Of a stretch of DNA of 64,000 nt, positions 63,501-64,000 are shown in pieces. Each line of letters opens with the position of its first letter. Within the stretch, counting starts at the first letter, position 1. Origin of the DNA: Patescibacteria group bacterium (GTDB lineage Bacteria > Patescibacteriota > Patescibacteriia > SG8-24). The notes under the pieces are model-generated. The model was not told the origin of the DNA, did no database searches, and saw only the letters and a list, made by a program, of their open reading frames with translations. The DNA lies in contig JBAYFM010000004.1 of the NCBI GenBank assembly GCA_041667185.1, positions 9,097 through 73,096 on the forward strand, given 5' to 3'. A program made the position numbers and the translations under genes.

Positions 63501-64000
63501 GCCTGCGCCGACAGACTGATCGCTGTGGTCAGCTTGCCATCGCCATCGAACGCAGTATCAAGCGAGCCGTCGGCGTTGTAGCGCGCGAGGGCGAACATGT
63601 ATGAGCCATTGGCCCCGAAATACGCGGAACCGCCCGCGATTATCTTGCCGTCGGCTTGTACGGCCACGGAGTTGACCGCATCATAATTGGTCCCGAAATC
63701 CAGGGTCGCTTTGCCATCGCCATCGAACGCAGTATCAAGCGAGCCGTCGGCGTTGTAGCGGACCAGGGCGAAATCGGAATTACCGCTCAGCGTGGAGTTG
63801 CCAGCGACGACGATCGCACCGTCAGGTTGGATGGCCAAAGAATTGGCCCGATCAGTGCCGCCGAGATCCGTGATCGCCTTGCCGCCGACGCCGAACGTGG
63901 TGTCGAGCGAGCCGTCGGCGTTGTAGCGGACCAGGGCGAAATCCTCAGTGCTGCCGATCATGGCGCGGCCGGCGACCACGATCTTCCCGTCGACCTGTAC
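60533..64000 (-). CDS. Large surface protein with 15 or more tandem delta-60-type repeats (consensus FALARYNADGSLDxxFxGDGK) and a C-terminal Ig-like/beta-sandwich region. The N-terminus lies beyond the window.
   Basis: Regular ~55-60-aa periodicity of ARYNADGSLD(T/A)(T/S)F(D/G)GDGK through the ORF. C-terminal ~400 aa are non-repetitive with conserved Cys pairs. Confidence 0.7.
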   Translation of the reverse strand, partial: VQVDGKIVVAGRAMIGSTEDFALVRYNADGSLDTTFGVGGKAITDLGGTDRANSLAIQPDGAIVVAGNSTLSGNSDFALVRYNADGSLDTAFDGDGKATLDFGTNYDAVNSVAVQADGKIIAGGSAYFGANGSYMFALARYNADGSLDTAFDGDGKLTTAISLSAQAYSIMIQTDGKIIAGGSAYVNSTTTYDFALARYNADGSLDASFDGDGILTTGIGTAGEQGRAIVSWGADKIILVGYAMITTTNAAENFALARYNADGSLDASFDGDGKVTTSVGHGVAQANAIALQPDGKTVLAGSVEFAGVRHFAVARQNADGSLDTTFGVGGQVVTPVGSSRQAQANSVAIQADGKIVAAGTAYSDIGHDFAVVRYNADGSLDTTFDGDGKVTTDMVANVDRGYAVAIQADGKIVVAGAVANNLGQDFALARYNADGSLDASFDGDGKVITDVGTTAWTNYSDGAYAVTIQPDGKIVAAGFTQGYMADYFALARYNADGSLDASFGSGADLDGKAGIVMTNLGTGYFGSDDAYAVAVQPDGKIIAVGGAYLGNYSGFGLARYNADGSLDLSFGNNGWTVTTMGTGTGNEQARAVAVRLDGKIVVAGYVYNGASNDVALAIYNANGTLDLSFSDDGKVMTDVAAGDDRAYAVVIRNDGNIVVAGFGRIGGEQDYVTVAYDMNLCRTLPPTVVITEPADGLLTNQTTISVAWTVNGVVQTSELTEQLLIEGENVITRSAANGGGIGSDSVAVIRDTMAPETTITATPPSSASTVVFQFVSSETPSAFECSLDGGAYAACVSGVSYVGLADGAHSFAVRATDLAGNTDSTPAVYDWTLSTVVPPVAVSGGALVSCVMNPDGSFACTITGNNGASYGVMFPAGTTPLSPNASIELDVRSGNVNKPKIQIEAQLPPGQTKTVQIPRGSGNYACVDDSPEAEFSTGTGCLPSLRVLIPAPGTSVEYAPGKTIAVDAANSVVTLTGLHNTVVEAGSDDDGDGAEDEFDACPVTPGRVAWQGCPSAVQVTVQRQTLKDRSYSGDAKEAVVGATVKLFAKNDACVVAIGTNPHNYGVVYDNCAPFTSATTDSSGVSVLGIRPTMDYLAIVQDPETGAYAGVSTGRVSLGQLATKFIQVTVHADDDSVYLKNYTAHRFTADHRGRSH

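Overview
High-GC (~63-65%) bacterial chromosomal segment. Its gene content resembles a reduced-genome, possibly CPR/Patescibacteria-like, organism; this is inference from content only.

Housekeeping blocks:
- infC-rpmI-rplT.
- ppsA, pyk, ftsZ, ftsA, dgkA, ybeY.
- gatB/yqeY, rpsU, hisS, lepB, an LCP-family gene, der, pth, dprA, topA, rel, parB, parA.
- smpB next to a standard one-piece tmRNA.
- tRNA-Asp(GUC), tRNA-Val(CAC) and tRNA-Leu(CAA).

Accessory content:
- A surface-protein operon at 28.3-44.5 kb. It holds a 727-aa protein and a 3879-aa giant protein that share an N-terminal module: signal peptide plus two transmembrane helices with the motif LWMTSQG. Its topology resembles TrbC/VirB2 conjugative pilins. 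The giant passenger carries Myxococcus-type Cys-rich repeats, MopE-like CxxDNNC motifs, a thrombospondin-type-3 (TSP3) motif and a C-type-lectin-like WND motif. Three small membrane-anchored TSP3 Ca-binding-repeat proteins follow.
- A recurrent architecture at three RNA genes (tmRNA, tRNA-Asp, tRNA-Leu): partial duplicates of the gene's 3' end (T-loop, acceptor 3' strand, CCA) sit next to perfect or near-perfect palindromes. At two of the three loci a small GIY-YIG (YhbQ-like) nuclease ORF is adjacent. One is inserted exactly between two pseudo-tRNA-Asp copies whose anticodon arm is replaced by the 18-nt palindrome GGCCGCAGTACTGCGGCC.
- A dispersed intergenic repeat family (GGAGTGC octamer-like units and GACGGAGTCAGGGAG units) at six or more loci.
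- A catalytically degenerate HtrA-like PDZ protein next to a Wzz-like protein.
- An ECF sigma/anti-sigma pair.
- A low-GC islet carrying a secreted-protein gene.
- A partial delta-60-repeat surface protein at the window end.

No rRNA, no CRISPR array and no classical transposase were seen.
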